From Candidatus Falkowbacteria bacterium (GTDB taxonomy: Bacteria > Patescibacteriota > Patescibacteriia > Patescibacteriales > UBA12465): a stretch of DNA of 64,000 nt. Shown here one piece after another: positions 18,963-27,990 of the stretch. The notes beneath the pieces are model-generated. The model saw nothing but the letters and a program-made list of their open reading frames with translations, was not told the origin of the DNA and made no database searches. The translations under genes were made by a program, and so were the position numbers. The stretch covers positions 81,084 through 145,083 of the forward strand of contig JBAXLJ010000003.1 in assembly GCA_037134915.1 (NCBI GenBank), given 5' to 3'. Every line of letters begins with the position of its first letter. The first letter of the stretch is position 1.

Positions 18963-20165
18963 CTATTTTTTATTCCTTAAAATCTGATTATATATTTCAC
19001 TGGTCATCCTGGCACATTCCCACCAGCTATATTTTTTAACTCGTTTAAGGCCTAAGTCGATTAAATGCTGACGTTCGCTTTCATTATTTAAAACACTTTC
19101 AATTACTCTAATAATATCGTCCTTATCTTCCGGATTAAAATATAAAGCGGCATCGCCTAAAACCTCAGGCATACTCGCCCGATCAGAACTAATCACGGGA
19201 CAATTATGGGCCATAGCTTCAAGCGGCGGCAAGCCAAATCCTTCATACAAAGAAGGAAAAACATAAAGCGTTGCCTCCTGAAATAAAGCCTCTAAATCAA
19301 CATCCGGAACATAGCCGGTAAAAACTACCGGACTATTGTGATTTTCTTTTTGCCACAAATTGTTGCTATGCGCTATTTCCTTAACCCGATTATAAAAATA
19401 ATCTTCTTTACCGACTAATACCAAACGCAAATCCGGATGCATGATCCGTAATTTGGCAAAGGCCGTAACTAATCCTTCTAAATTTTTGTGTGGGTAGGCA
19501 TTACCAACGTAAAGTAAAAATGGCCCGTGAATATTGTATAAGGCCAAGGTTTTTTTATTATCCAACTTAGCCACAAATAAAGAATCATTGCCTTTAGCTA
19601 AATTGGCTACGCCTTCATAGGTAACAACAATTTTATTTGCCATCACCTTAAATTGCCTCATTAAATCCAACTTGGTAAATTCCGAAACAGTAATTATTTT
19701 ACGAGCGTATTTAACCGCCGAAGAAATTATTAAACGATAAGCTTTGTCTTTTAACCAATAAATAAATGGATGTAAAGTTGAGGCTCGATGAGTGGGAAAC
19801 TTGGTCAAAATTAAATCATGAATTGTAACTACATAAGCCCCGGATTTTATCAAAGGAACATTAAAATGAGGAAAGTGCATTAAATCAAGCCTGGCTCGGC
19901 GCCACCGATAAGGAACTTCAAATTGTTCAGCTAAGGTATACCAACGCGATTTAATCAGCTCTTTACGAACGTTAGTGTTGGGGCAAATAAACTCATCAAA
20001 ATTATCCACCGATAGAAAAATAACATAATTAACAGAAGTGTCATTTGAAAGAGTAATCACATTATCGACTATTTCCTGAGTATAGCGGCCCAGCCCTTTA
20101 CCTAAAGGACCATAAAAACGAGCATCAATACCAATAGTTCGGTTTTTTTCTAAAGGAGTGTTCAT
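18963..20165 (-). CDS. Glycosyltransferase family 1 (GT4-type)
   Basis: C-terminal [20 protein letters not shown] is the GT4 E-x7-E motif region. It is 400 aa. Confidence 0.8.
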   Translation of the reverse strand: MNTPLEKNRTIGIDARFYGPLGKGLGRYTQEIVDNVITLSNDTSVNYVIFLSVDNFDEFICPNTNVRKELIKSRWYTLAEQFEVPYRWRRARLDLMHFPHFNVPLIKSGAYVVTIHDLILTKFPTHRASTLHPFIYWLKDKAYRLIISSAVKYARKIITVSEFTKLDLMRQFKVMANKIVVTYEGVANLAKGNDSLFVAKLDNKKTLALYNIHGPFLLYVGNAYPHKNLEGLVTAFAKLRIMHPDLRLVLVGKEDYFYNRVKEIAHSNNLWQKENHNSPVVFTGYVPDVDLEALFQEATLYVFPSLYEGFGLPPLEAMAHNCPVISSDRASMPEVLGDAALYFNPEDKDDIIRVIESVLNNESERQHLIDLGLKRVKKYSWWECARMTSEIYNQILRNKK

Positions 20166-20180
20166 GGAATCAAAAATAAA

Positions 20181-21683
20181 TTAAACAAAGGGTAAACCAA
20201 AAGGTGGCACATTATTTCCGGCGTCTTCTTTCTTATTAGGTTTCTGGGAATTATCTTTAAGGTCGCTACCTTCAACCCAAAATAAGTCATCATTATTATT
20301 GGAATCGGGTGCCTCCGATTCGGTTTTAACTTTTCGGTCTCTAAAACTGGAGTCGCCAAAAATATCCGGCGGCAAAGATTGACTGGAATTCTCTTCAAAA
20401 ATCGGCAAGGTTGAAGGAGCGTCCGACTTGCGGCCGGGTGCTTTTTGAATAAATGGTGCCTTAACATTGGCGTCAATTGGAAAATGCCACAAAGTAGCTA
20501 ATTCCTCAATATTCAAAACTCCTGGACTACGACCAGCGCCAGAACGATTGATATAATTTTCAATCATCTTATTCTTTTTGACAATTAGTCTTTTATCTTT
20601 ATTAAAATAGGCTGTTTTAGTAGCGGTCACATTCATATCCGGTTTTAGATTATTTAAATCTAGCGCCGCGAACTGCTTAACCCAGCCCACTAAACCACTC
20701 ACCACTTTAGCACGATTTAAAACTTCTTTTTTAGCCATATAAACGGCCCTCATTTTAAAACCGAAGCCTAGTTTAGCTGATTTCATTTGAATGGCTTCAA
20801 TCTGCTTCTTCTTTTTAGGCGTAAGCTCCATCATAGATAGAGTTTTTACTTCCTTGGGTTTTATATCCTTCCAAATAGCAAAAACGTGTTCACTAAGGTC
20901 GCCGAGCCAAGTCATAAATTTCGTGGCGGCGCTTTCGGTTTTAGCAATCTTGCCTAAAATTTTATCCACTTCTTTGTCGGAAGCTTTAACCCAGTCAAAA
21001 CCAATAGGAATCACAATAAACTGAATCCAAAGCTGTTCACCTTGTCTTAAAGAACTGCATAAATCCATCAGTGAGGCCATCGGATCTTTAAATTGCGTTT
21101 CTGATTCGCCAAACTTATGCTCAAACTCCTGATAGAGTTTAATTGGATAAGCTTCTGGGCTGCCCTGAACAAATTCTGCTCCCCAAATGTCCCATTCCTC
21201 ATCGGGAAATTTAGTCGGCATCCCAATTGTATAATCATCAATTTCTGAAATTTCTGCATCAGGATATTGTGAATAAACCGCTGATTCAATCAGAGATTGT
21301 GATTCGGCTGGGGTTCGGATAAGAAATTGCGTATACCCCTCCAAGGAAATAATTTCAAAACTAAAAGATTGTTGAAATTTACCCTCAAACCATGTTTCCC
21401 AAAAACTAATAGAACCATGGGCTCCGCCTAAATAGGTAAACAAATTCTCCACCGCCTTGGGTGATTGTTCGTTGCCTTTAGGAATATCAATCGCTAAAAT
21501 AACGTTCCTTAAAGTCGCGGCAAATTTTCCTTCAATGTACATTAAATAAATTTCTCTGACCCCCAAAAGAAAGACCACGGCGATAAACATCCAACCGACA
21601 TTAACAAAAAACTGCCAGGCCATATCGGCTGGAGCGGCATTAAAGAATTGGTCTAAACGTGTCGTGTTGATAACAATATCCAT
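20181..21683 (-). CDS. Hypothetical membrane-anchored protein with low-complexity acidic C-terminal tail
   Basis: N-terminal TM (WMFIAVVFLLGV). No motif was recognised. The C-terminal roughly 90 aa are S/D/N/K-rich. Confidence 0.4.
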   Translation of the reverse strand: MDIVINTTRLDQFFNAAPADMAWQFFVNVGWMFIAVVFLLGVREIYLMYIEGKFAATLRNVILAIDIPKGNEQSPKAVENLFTYLGGAHGSISFWETWFEGKFQQSFSFEIISLEGYTQFLIRTPAESQSLIESAVYSQYPDAEISEIDDYTIGMPTKFPDEEWDIWGAEFVQGSPEAYPIKLYQEFEHKFGESETQFKDPMASLMDLCSSLRQGEQLWIQFIVIPIGFDWVKASDKEVDKILGKIAKTESAATKFMTWLGDLSEHVFAIWKDIKPKEVKTLSMMELTPKKKKQIEAIQMKSAKLGFGFKMRAVYMAKKEVLNRAKVVSGLVGWVKQFAALDLNNLKPDMNVTATKTAYFNKDKRLIVKKNKMIENYINRSGAGRSPGVLNIEELATLWHFPIDANVKAPFIQKAPGRKSDAPSTLPIFEENSSQSLPPDIFGDSSFRDRKVKTESEAPDSNNNDDLFWVEGSDLKDNSQKPNKKEDAGNNVPPFGLPFV

Positions 21684-21759
21684 GTTCTTATTTTATCATA
21701 TTTATCAAAAAACAAAAACGCCCCAAAGCAATTTTGGAGCGTTATAAAAAGAAATATTT

Positions 21760-22791
21760 TTACTTTTGCCAGCCTTTTAGACCATACATTCCGCGACCGG
21801 TTAAAACATAGCGATTATCCAGGATAAGCTCGTTGTGGACAGTGGCCGGATTGGCATTTTTACGATCGAATTTGATTTCATTTATCTTGGAAGCGATTTC
21901 TGTAAAATGCATCGGACGGTTTTCATTCTTAAGCACTAAATAAATCTTATCGTTAATGGTTTTAGGTTTAATTTCGTGAGAATCAGCTTCACCCCATTGT
22001 CCAAATTTATTTTGTTCAATATCTTTAACGGCCTGAACTAAAGAATAAATTATTTTATTAGAATTAATTATTTCCGCTTTATCAGGAAAGGTTTGACTCT
22101 TAAAAACCGGAGTGATATCAGTCTTGCCTTCTTGAAGTTTGGTTTGATTTTTGCTGTAAGTTTCTAAACTCTTAATTAAATCTAAAAGCTCTTCAGTCGA
22201 TAAAGTCTTTTGAGTTTTTTTGATTTTAACCATTAAATCATCGGCTAAATCTTCCAGATGCTTAGTTTCCGTATTTTTTAATTTGTAAGAAAGATTAAAT
22301 TTGTCAGAACCTTTAACAGTCTCTAAATCATCTTCTAATAATTTAGAAATTAAAAAATTAAAATGATTGCGATAGACTGAGCGAGTTTCTTCATTAACTT
22401 CTTGGTTATCAAAATTACCAATTTCCAAACAATAGACTGTTAAGATGTCAAGCAGATAATCACGGCGAAGCAAACCGCCATGTTCACCCAAAAGACCAGA
22501 AATTGTTTCCTTAAGAGAGCCTAAACAAGTTTCTAAATTTTCTAACTTTTTAATTTTACGAATACTGGCCACTTCTATCTGACGAACTCTTTCTCTGGTT
22601 AATTTATGCATCTGGCCAATTTTTTCCAAAGTTTCACCTTTACCGCCTTTTAAACCAAAACGACGAGACAAAACATCGCGTTCGCGATCTAAAAGCTCAG
22701 AAAAAAGACTGTTAACAATAGTAACAGCGTTAAGACGGGCTAATTCTTCGGATTTCTCCTCTTTGACCATGCGTTCTAAAACATTTTCCAT
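21760..22791 (-). CDS. Sigma-70 region-4 HTH protein fused to a C-terminal HARE-HTH (RpoE delta-subunit-like) domain
   Basis: The N-terminus (LSRRFGLKGGKGETLEKIGQMHKLTRERVRQIEVASIRKIKK) matches sigma-70 region 4. The C-terminus (RPMHFTEIASKINEIKFDRKNANPATVHNELILDNRYVLTGRGMYGLKGW) matches the HARE-HTH pattern of the RNAP delta N-terminal domain. Confidence 0.5.
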   Translation of the reverse strand: MENVLERMVKEEKSEELARLNAVTIVNSLFSELLDRERDVLSRRFGLKGGKGETLEKIGQMHKLTRERVRQIEVASIRKIKKLENLETCLGSLKETISGLLGEHGGLLRRDYLLDILTVYCLEIGNFDNQEVNEETRSVYRNHFNFLISKLLEDDLETVKGSDKFNLSYKLKNTETKHLEDLADDLMVKIKKTQKTLSTEELLDLIKSLETYSKNQTKLQEGKTDITPVFKSQTFPDKAEIINSNKIIYSLVQAVKDIEQNKFGQWGEADSHEIKPKTINDKIYLVLKNENRPMHFTEIASKINEIKFDRKNANPATVHNELILDNRYVLTGRGMYGLKGWQK

Positions 22792-22892
22792 ACTATTTTA
22801 AAAAATATAATTTTCTTATATTTAATTAATTTATAATATTGCTTTTCTATATTTTTTATCAAAGCAAGAATAACTTATCATAATAATTTATA

Positions 22893-23876
22893 TTAGTCAA
22901 TAGCTTTTTTGTCGGCCCGAGTTACCTTAATATATTCCCTAATTTTAGAATAATTATTTAATAAAAATGGCTCAAAAAAGAGAGCATAAAGACCAAATAA
23001 TAACAACTTTGCCAGAATACGAACTTTGTTAGTTAAATTCTGTTTTGACCAAAATTTAATCATCAAAAGATGCTGATTCAAAAAAGACCAAGACCTCACT
23101 TGTCGGCTTTTTGCGGCGCGACTATTTAAAGCGGCCAGAACTCCGCGACCCGCTGCCGAGACACTTCGATCGTGATAAACTAAAGCCTCTGGAACTATTT
23201 TTGATGAAAAACCCGCCAAAAATAGACGATAAGCTAAATCACAGTCTTCTTTATACATAAACATCCGTTCATCTAGATAACCAGTTTTTTCTTTGACTCT
23301 TTCTAAAGCTGACATGCGGTAAAAACCAGCCGCCCCAGAGGGTCCTAAAATAGGAAATCCCTGAAACTGACCGGTATCCTCTAGGCCCTGGCCAATATCG
23401 ACAAATTTTAGCCCCGGAAGCAATGATAAGCCACAGGTATCTATTTTAGAACTTAGTTTCTGATTAACAAAGTCCCAGCGCAATATTTTCGGAGTAACTG
23501 AACCTAACATATTGTCCGAGCTTAAGGCTTCAACTAATTTTTTGATAGTTTCTGGGGCAATGATGGTGTCAGGATTAATCATCAAAAAGGCTTCCGCGCC
23601 CCAGTCTTTAGCCTCAGAGATCATCACGTTATAAGCTCTGGAAAAACCGACGTTCCCTTCTGACCAGCGAAATTTAATCAACTCTTCATCTTTATTAAAA
23701 ACGTTTTTAATATACTCCAAATTATAATTATTTAATTCTTCGCTGTTATCTCGAGCCAAGATTAAATAATCTTCAGGAGATAAATATTCTAAAGATTTAA
23801 AAAGACTATCTAAAAAATAAGGTAGATATTTAGCCGTATCCGTATTGTAAGTGATAAAACCAAGCGCAATTTTCAT
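22893..23876 (-). CDS. Glycosyltransferase family 2
   Basis: N-terminus ITYNTDTAKYLPYFLDSL has the GT2 Rossmann start. A DxD-like motif is in INPDTI. It sits in an rml/GT context. Confidence 0.65.
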   Translation of the reverse strand: MKIALGFITYNTDTAKYLPYFLDSLFKSLEYLSPEDYLILARDNSEELNNYNLEYIKNVFNKDEELIKFRWSEGNVGFSRAYNVMISEAKDWGAEAFLMINPDTIIAPETIKKLVEALSSDNMLGSVTPKILRWDFVNQKLSSKIDTCGLSLLPGLKFVDIGQGLEDTGQFQGFPILGPSGAAGFYRMSALERVKEKTGYLDERMFMYKEDCDLAYRLFLAGFSSKIVPEALVYHDRSVSAAGRGVLAALNSRAAKSRQVRSWSFLNQHLLMIKFWSKQNLTNKVRILAKLLLFGLYALFFEPFLLNNYSKIREYIKVTRADKKAID

Positions 23877-23879
23877 AGT

Positions 23880-24605
23880 TTAAATAAGCATTTTTTTATC
23901 CAGCCTTTCTTTAGCAAAATTCTGAGCTCTTAGCAGACTTTCGAAGGTGCCGGCATCAAGCCATTCGCCAGGAACCATGGCCACCTCCAACTGATCTTTT
24001 AAAAGATAGGCATTAAGGACGTCGACAATCTCTAGTTCCCCGCGCCCACTCGGCCGCAAATTTTTAGCAATACTAACTACGTGATGATCGCAAACATAAA
24101 GACCGGTCACGGCGTAATTACTAAGATATTCCTGAGGTTTTTCAACAATTTTTTGAGCTTTTTTCGCTTCATCAAATTTAACCACCCCGAATCTTTCAGG
24201 GTCATTAACGTGCTTTGCAAATACTTTAGCCCCACCCTTAAAATTCTTAAGATCTTCTGAAAAATCATCCTCAAAAATATTATCACCCAAAATCATCGCC
24301 ACATCTTCTTGATCAATAAAGTTTTCACCAATAATGAAGGCTTGGGCTAAGCCTTCGGGCTTATCCTGAATTTCGTAAGTAAATTTAACGCCAAAGTCTT
24401 TACCGCTGCCTAGCAAATTAAGATAATCACCGGCTCGCTCCGGAGATACAATAATCAGAATTTCTTTAATACCCGCCTGAATTAAAGTATTAAGTGGATA
24501 GTAAATCATCGGTCGATTATAAATCGGCAGTAATTGCTTACTAGTTATTTTAGTTAGCGGCCTGAGTCTAGTGCCGCTGCCGCCGGACAATATAATTCCA
24601 CGCAT
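23880..24605 (-). CDS. rmlA: Sugar-phosphate nucleotidyltransferase, RmlA-like (glucose-1-phosphate thymidylyltransferase family), short form
   Basis: MRGIILSGGSGTRLRPLT is the G-x-G-T-R-L nucleotidyltransferase signature. At 241 aa it is shorter than E. coli RmlA. Confidence 0.7.
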   Translation of the reverse strand: MRGIILSGGSGTRLRPLTKITSKQLLPIYNRPMIYYPLNTLIQAGIKEILIIVSPERAGDYLNLLGSGKDFGVKFTYEIQDKPEGLAQAFIIGENFIDQEDVAMILGDNIFEDDFSEDLKNFKGGAKVFAKHVNDPERFGVVKFDEAKKAQKIVEKPQEYLSNYAVTGLYVCDHHVVSIAKNLRPSGRGELEIVDVLNAYLLKDQLEVAMVPGEWLDAGTFESLLRAQNFAKERLDKKMLI

Positions 24606-24616
24606 AGTTTTATTTT

Positions 24617-25465
24617 TTATTTTTTTAGATAATCTCTTAAAGCTTCTTGGTAAGGTCTTAGCTTAACCGCCTTAGTGTTTTTTAGAACCGAGAATTTAGG
24701 ACGACGCGCCGGGCGAGTTAAAGAGTCACTATTTATCGGAACAACTTCAGCGGAAAAATTTAGAATCTTCTTTAATTCCAAGACCCCTTGATACCAAGTC
24801 GCCGCGCCTTCATTAATTAAATGATAGATTCCAAAGGGAGACTGATTCTCAATTAATTTCTTAGTAGCTTCGGCTAAATCGGGTGTATAAGTAAAACAAC
24901 TAAGCTCTTCGTCAACTACTTTCAGCTCGCTTTTACCTAGAGCTAGAGAATACATGACATCAAAAAAACTTTTTTTAGAATACTCACTGCGCCCGGCTGG
25001 TCCAAATAATTTGGAGACTCGGATTAAGTAATAATTAGCCCCCGAAGACACAACCGCCGCTTCGCCTTGAGCTTTGGTTTGGCCATAAATATTAGTTGGA
25101 CTAACTTCATCATTTTCCACAAACTCCTGCTTGTCATGGCGACCGCTAAAAACATAGTCCGTTGAAAAATGAACTAAGGTTTTATTTTTAAGCTGGCACC
25201 ACTTGGCTAGCTGCGTCGGCAAATCAACGTTAAGTTTAACGGCCAAAACTTTCTCGGTCGCAAATTCTTCACATTTATCCACCGCGTTATAGGCCGCCGC
25301 GTTAATTATTAAATCTGGATTAGCGGCGATTAACTTAGCCTGTAAATCTGAAAAGTCCAAAAAATCAGCTTCCTGGCGATCCCAGGCTAGTAAGTCATCG
25401 GCCTTAAACACTTTAACCAGTTGTGTTCCTAAATTTCCTTCGGCTCCTAAAATAAGTATTTTCAT
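24617..25465 (-). CDS. rmlD: dTDP-4-dehydrorhamnose reductase
   Basis: ILILGAEGNLG is an NAD(P) Rossmann motif. YxxxK is in IYGQTK. It is 282 aa and adjacent to rmlA. Confidence 0.75.
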   Translation of the reverse strand: MKILILGAEGNLGTQLVKVFKADDLLAWDRQEADFLDFSDLQAKLIAANPDLIINAAAYNAVDKCEEFATEKVLAVKLNVDLPTQLAKWCQLKNKTLVHFSTDYVFSGRHDKQEFVENDEVSPTNIYGQTKAQGEAAVVSSGANYYLIRVSKLFGPAGRSEYSKKSFFDVMYSLALGKSELKVVDEELSCFTYTPDLAEATKKLIENQSPFGIYHLINEGAATWYQGVLELKKILNFSAEVVPINSDSLTRPARRPKFSVLKNTKAVKLRPYQEALRDYLKK

Positions 25466-25549
25466 AAACTTAGTATAGTCTTACTCTTGACTAAAATCAA
25501 GAAAAAGCATAAATTCAAAAGAATTCCTTAACAATTTAATACAAACCAT

Positions 25550-26575
25550 ATGAAAACAAGAAACGCCAATGATTGGAGATTTAAGTTAGAAGAAGCGCTA
25601 TCAAAGTATGCCAGGAGAAATAACGACAAATATCTGAAACTCTGGGAAGATGCTTGCAGCGAAGCTCTTCGCGAGGCTGAGGCCAGTAATTTTAATTTTG
25701 ATGAATTACTTCTTTGGAAGCATTATATCCCCGCCAAATATCAAGAGGCCTTTGAAGTCTTCTTAAAAAAACAGGCCCGAGATGAATACCAAAGATTACT
25801 GGTAGCGGTTATTTTAAAAACTGGTTGCCCCGAGAGTGAAATTAGACAAAATTTAAAAAGCGCCAGCCTGGGATCCTTAGACAAAATTATTAAAAAACTT
25901 TTAGGAAATACCGGTTCCACTTGGCGCAATGAAAAAATGAAAATCATAATTAATGAGCGTCCGGATATTTTGTTTAATTTTGAACCTTCTTTTTTTGGCT
26001 CTTTACTAAACTGTCTTCAGGGAAGCAGCTATTTCGATAACGAAAAGATGCCCTTGCTCCTGGATTATTTTAAAAAGAGCAAGGAATTAAAAGCTTTCAG
26101 TCAAAAAATACACTTTAACTCGGGATTTCAAGACGAATTCAATAAAAATGAAAAAGTTCTAGAAACCTGGAACGCGCTCTCTGAGTCTGAATTTAACCAA
26201 GTTGAAGGATTCCAAGCTGAAGGATTCTTTAAGCGAGCTAAAATTTATTTTGATGCCTCGCCTTCATGGCAAAAAGATCTAAATAACTTTAAACTTTTGA
26301 CTACAGCTATTTTAGGCAACGACGAAGTGTTGAAGAAAAATTTCTTAATTGTGGCCGCCCAGAATTTTGGAGAAGAAAGCTTCCATTACCACGCAATTAT
26401 TATGACGCTTCAAAAAATAATCAAAAAGAAAATATCAGCCAAAGGCTCTTTTGATGAGTTATTTGAGCAGGCCAACAAAGGCTCTTTTGATGAGTTATTT
26501 GAGCAAGCCAAAATGCTGGATGTAAAAATATCCAAGACTCAAAAAACCATAATCAAAGCATTTTTAAAAATGTGA
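25550..26575 (+). CDS. Hypothetical protein (lone plus-strand gene) containing an in-frame 36-bp tandem duplication
   Basis: 341-aa ORF with no recognised motif. KGSFDELFEQA occurs twice (nt 26441-26509). Confidence 0.4.
   Translation: MKTRNANDWRFKLEEALSKYARRNNDKYLKLWEDACSEALREAEASNFNFDELLLWKHYIPAKYQEAFEVFLKKQARDEYQRLLVAVILKTGCPESEIRQNLKSASLGSLDKIIKKLLGNTGSTWRNEKMKIIINERPDILFNFEPSFFGSLLNCLQGSSYFDNEKMPLLLDYFKKSKELKAFSQKIHFNSGFQDEFNKNEKVLETWNALSESEFNQVEGFQAEGFFKRAKIYFDASPSWQKDLNNFKLLTTAILGNDEVLKKNFLIVAAQNFGEESFHYHAIIMTLQKIIKKKISAKGSFDELFEQANKGSFDELFEQAKMLDVKISKTQKTIIKAFLKM
26441..26509 (+). repeat. Direct tandem repeat, 2 x 33 bp separated by 3 bp, inside the CDS
   Basis: aaaggctcttttgatgagttatttgagcaggcc (26441-26473) and aaaggctcttttgatgagttatttgagcaagcc (26477-26509). 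There is one mismatch. Confidence 0.85.
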
Positions 26576-26647
26576 CCAAATAAAATCCCTTACCAGTTGA
26601 AGCTGCTCTAAGGGATTTTTTATTTCAGCCGACAAGCATGAATAAAT

Positions 26648-27931
26648 TTATTTCCAACTCGCTCCTTGGCGAACTAAGAGTTCTGGGGCGCGCTCCGGTT
26701 CTGCCATAATACTTAAAACGACTTTTTCCATTCGCATTGATTGTGAACCTTTAACTAAAATAACATCGCCATTATTTAGCCTATTTTCTAAAAATTCCCC
26801 CGCCGCCTTAGCCTCGTTAAAATGAAAAATATGGTCTTCTTTTAAACCAGCTTCTTTGGCGCCACGACTGATAAATTCCGCTCGCGTGCCCACGGCAACT
26901 AAATAATCAATTTGACAGCTAGCGACTTTAGCCCCGACTAAAGTGTGACCCTCTTCGGTATAATCGCCAATCTCCATCATATCACCCAAAACGGCATATT
27001 TTTTTCCTTCTTTAGAAATTCTAATACCCGCTAAAAGATTTAGGGCGGCCAGACAAGCTTCTGGCGAAGAATTATAAGTATCATCAATAATAAAGGTATG
27101 GTTTAAACCCGGCAGTAAATTCATTCGGCCAGCTGGTAAATTAAAATCATTTAAAGCGCCGGCAATCTCTACTAAATTCAGATTAAAATGCAAACCGACG
27201 GCCGCGCCAGCTAAAGCCGCATAAATTGACGGCTCTGATAAAACATTTTTCATAAACACCGGAACAATCGCCCCACCATAACCCATTTTAAAATGCAGAC
27301 CGGATAAGTCATAATCACCTTTAGCAAAATTATAAGAGATATCTTGGGCTCGCAAATCAGCCCCTTCTTTTAAGCCATAAGTCATAACTTTAGCGTGACT
27401 TACTTCCGACATTTCTCGAGCTAAATCGTTGTCGTAATTTAAGACCGATAAACCGTGATTATCTACTCTTTCAATGAGAACTTGCTTTTCTTTCTTAATA
27501 TTAGCTACGCTGCCAAAATACTCTAAATGAGAGTAAGAGACCGCCGTCACAATACCCACTTCCGGCTTTACTATAGAACATAAATACGCCATATCCCCCG
27601 GACGATCAACGCCCATTTCTAAAACTAAAATTTCCGGATAATTTTTATCGCGAACTAAAATCGATTTCCAAGCTTTAAGAAAAACTAAAAACCAGCCGCT
27701 TAAAGATTTTCCGGCCGATTCATAGCCGATAATTGTTAGTGGCAACCCTAATTCATTATTATAGTTTTTAAAACTAGCCCTAACTCTGAAACGATTTTCC
27801 AGAACCTTACAAATCGCTTCTTTAGCGCTCGTCTTACCGATACTCCCGGTAATGCCAATAATATGCGGCTTATATTTGCGCATAATCATCTGAGCTAGAA
27901 TTTTCAATTTAAATTGTAGTATTTTACGCAT
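26648..27931 (-). CDS. murF: UDP-N-acetylmuramoyl-tripeptide--D-alanyl-D-alanine ligase
   Basis: The Mur ligase P-loop is ITGSIGKTSAKE. It has a Mur ligase middle and C-terminal domain pattern. It sits in the dcw cluster next to ftsI. Confidence 0.8.
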   Translation of the reverse strand: MRKILQFKLKILAQMIMRKYKPHIIGITGSIGKTSAKEAICKVLENRFRVRASFKNYNNELGLPLTIIGYESAGKSLSGWFLVFLKAWKSILVRDKNYPEILVLEMGVDRPGDMAYLCSIVKPEVGIVTAVSYSHLEYFGSVANIKKEKQVLIERVDNHGLSVLNYDNDLAREMSEVSHAKVMTYGLKEGADLRAQDISYNFAKGDYDLSGLHFKMGYGGAIVPVFMKNVLSEPSIYAALAGAAVGLHFNLNLVEIAGALNDFNLPAGRMNLLPGLNHTFIIDDTYNSSPEACLAALNLLAGIRISKEGKKYAVLGDMMEIGDYTEEGHTLVGAKVASCQIDYLVAVGTRAEFISRGAKEAGLKEDHIFHFNEAKAAGEFLENRLNNGDVILVKGSQSMRMEKVVLSIMAEPERAPELLVRQGASWK

Positions 27932-27990
27932 AATTCCTGTGGTTACTCCTTATTTATTAACCTTAGAGCGAACTCAGTGAAGCGTCAAGT

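Noticed and set aside
20162-20476. 104-aa minus-strand ORF overlapping the 3' end of the 500-aa gene
   Set aside because: It is in a different frame from the long ORF, and its translation is Arg/Pro-rich and typical of off-frame sequence. There is no evidence for a frameshifted C-terminus.
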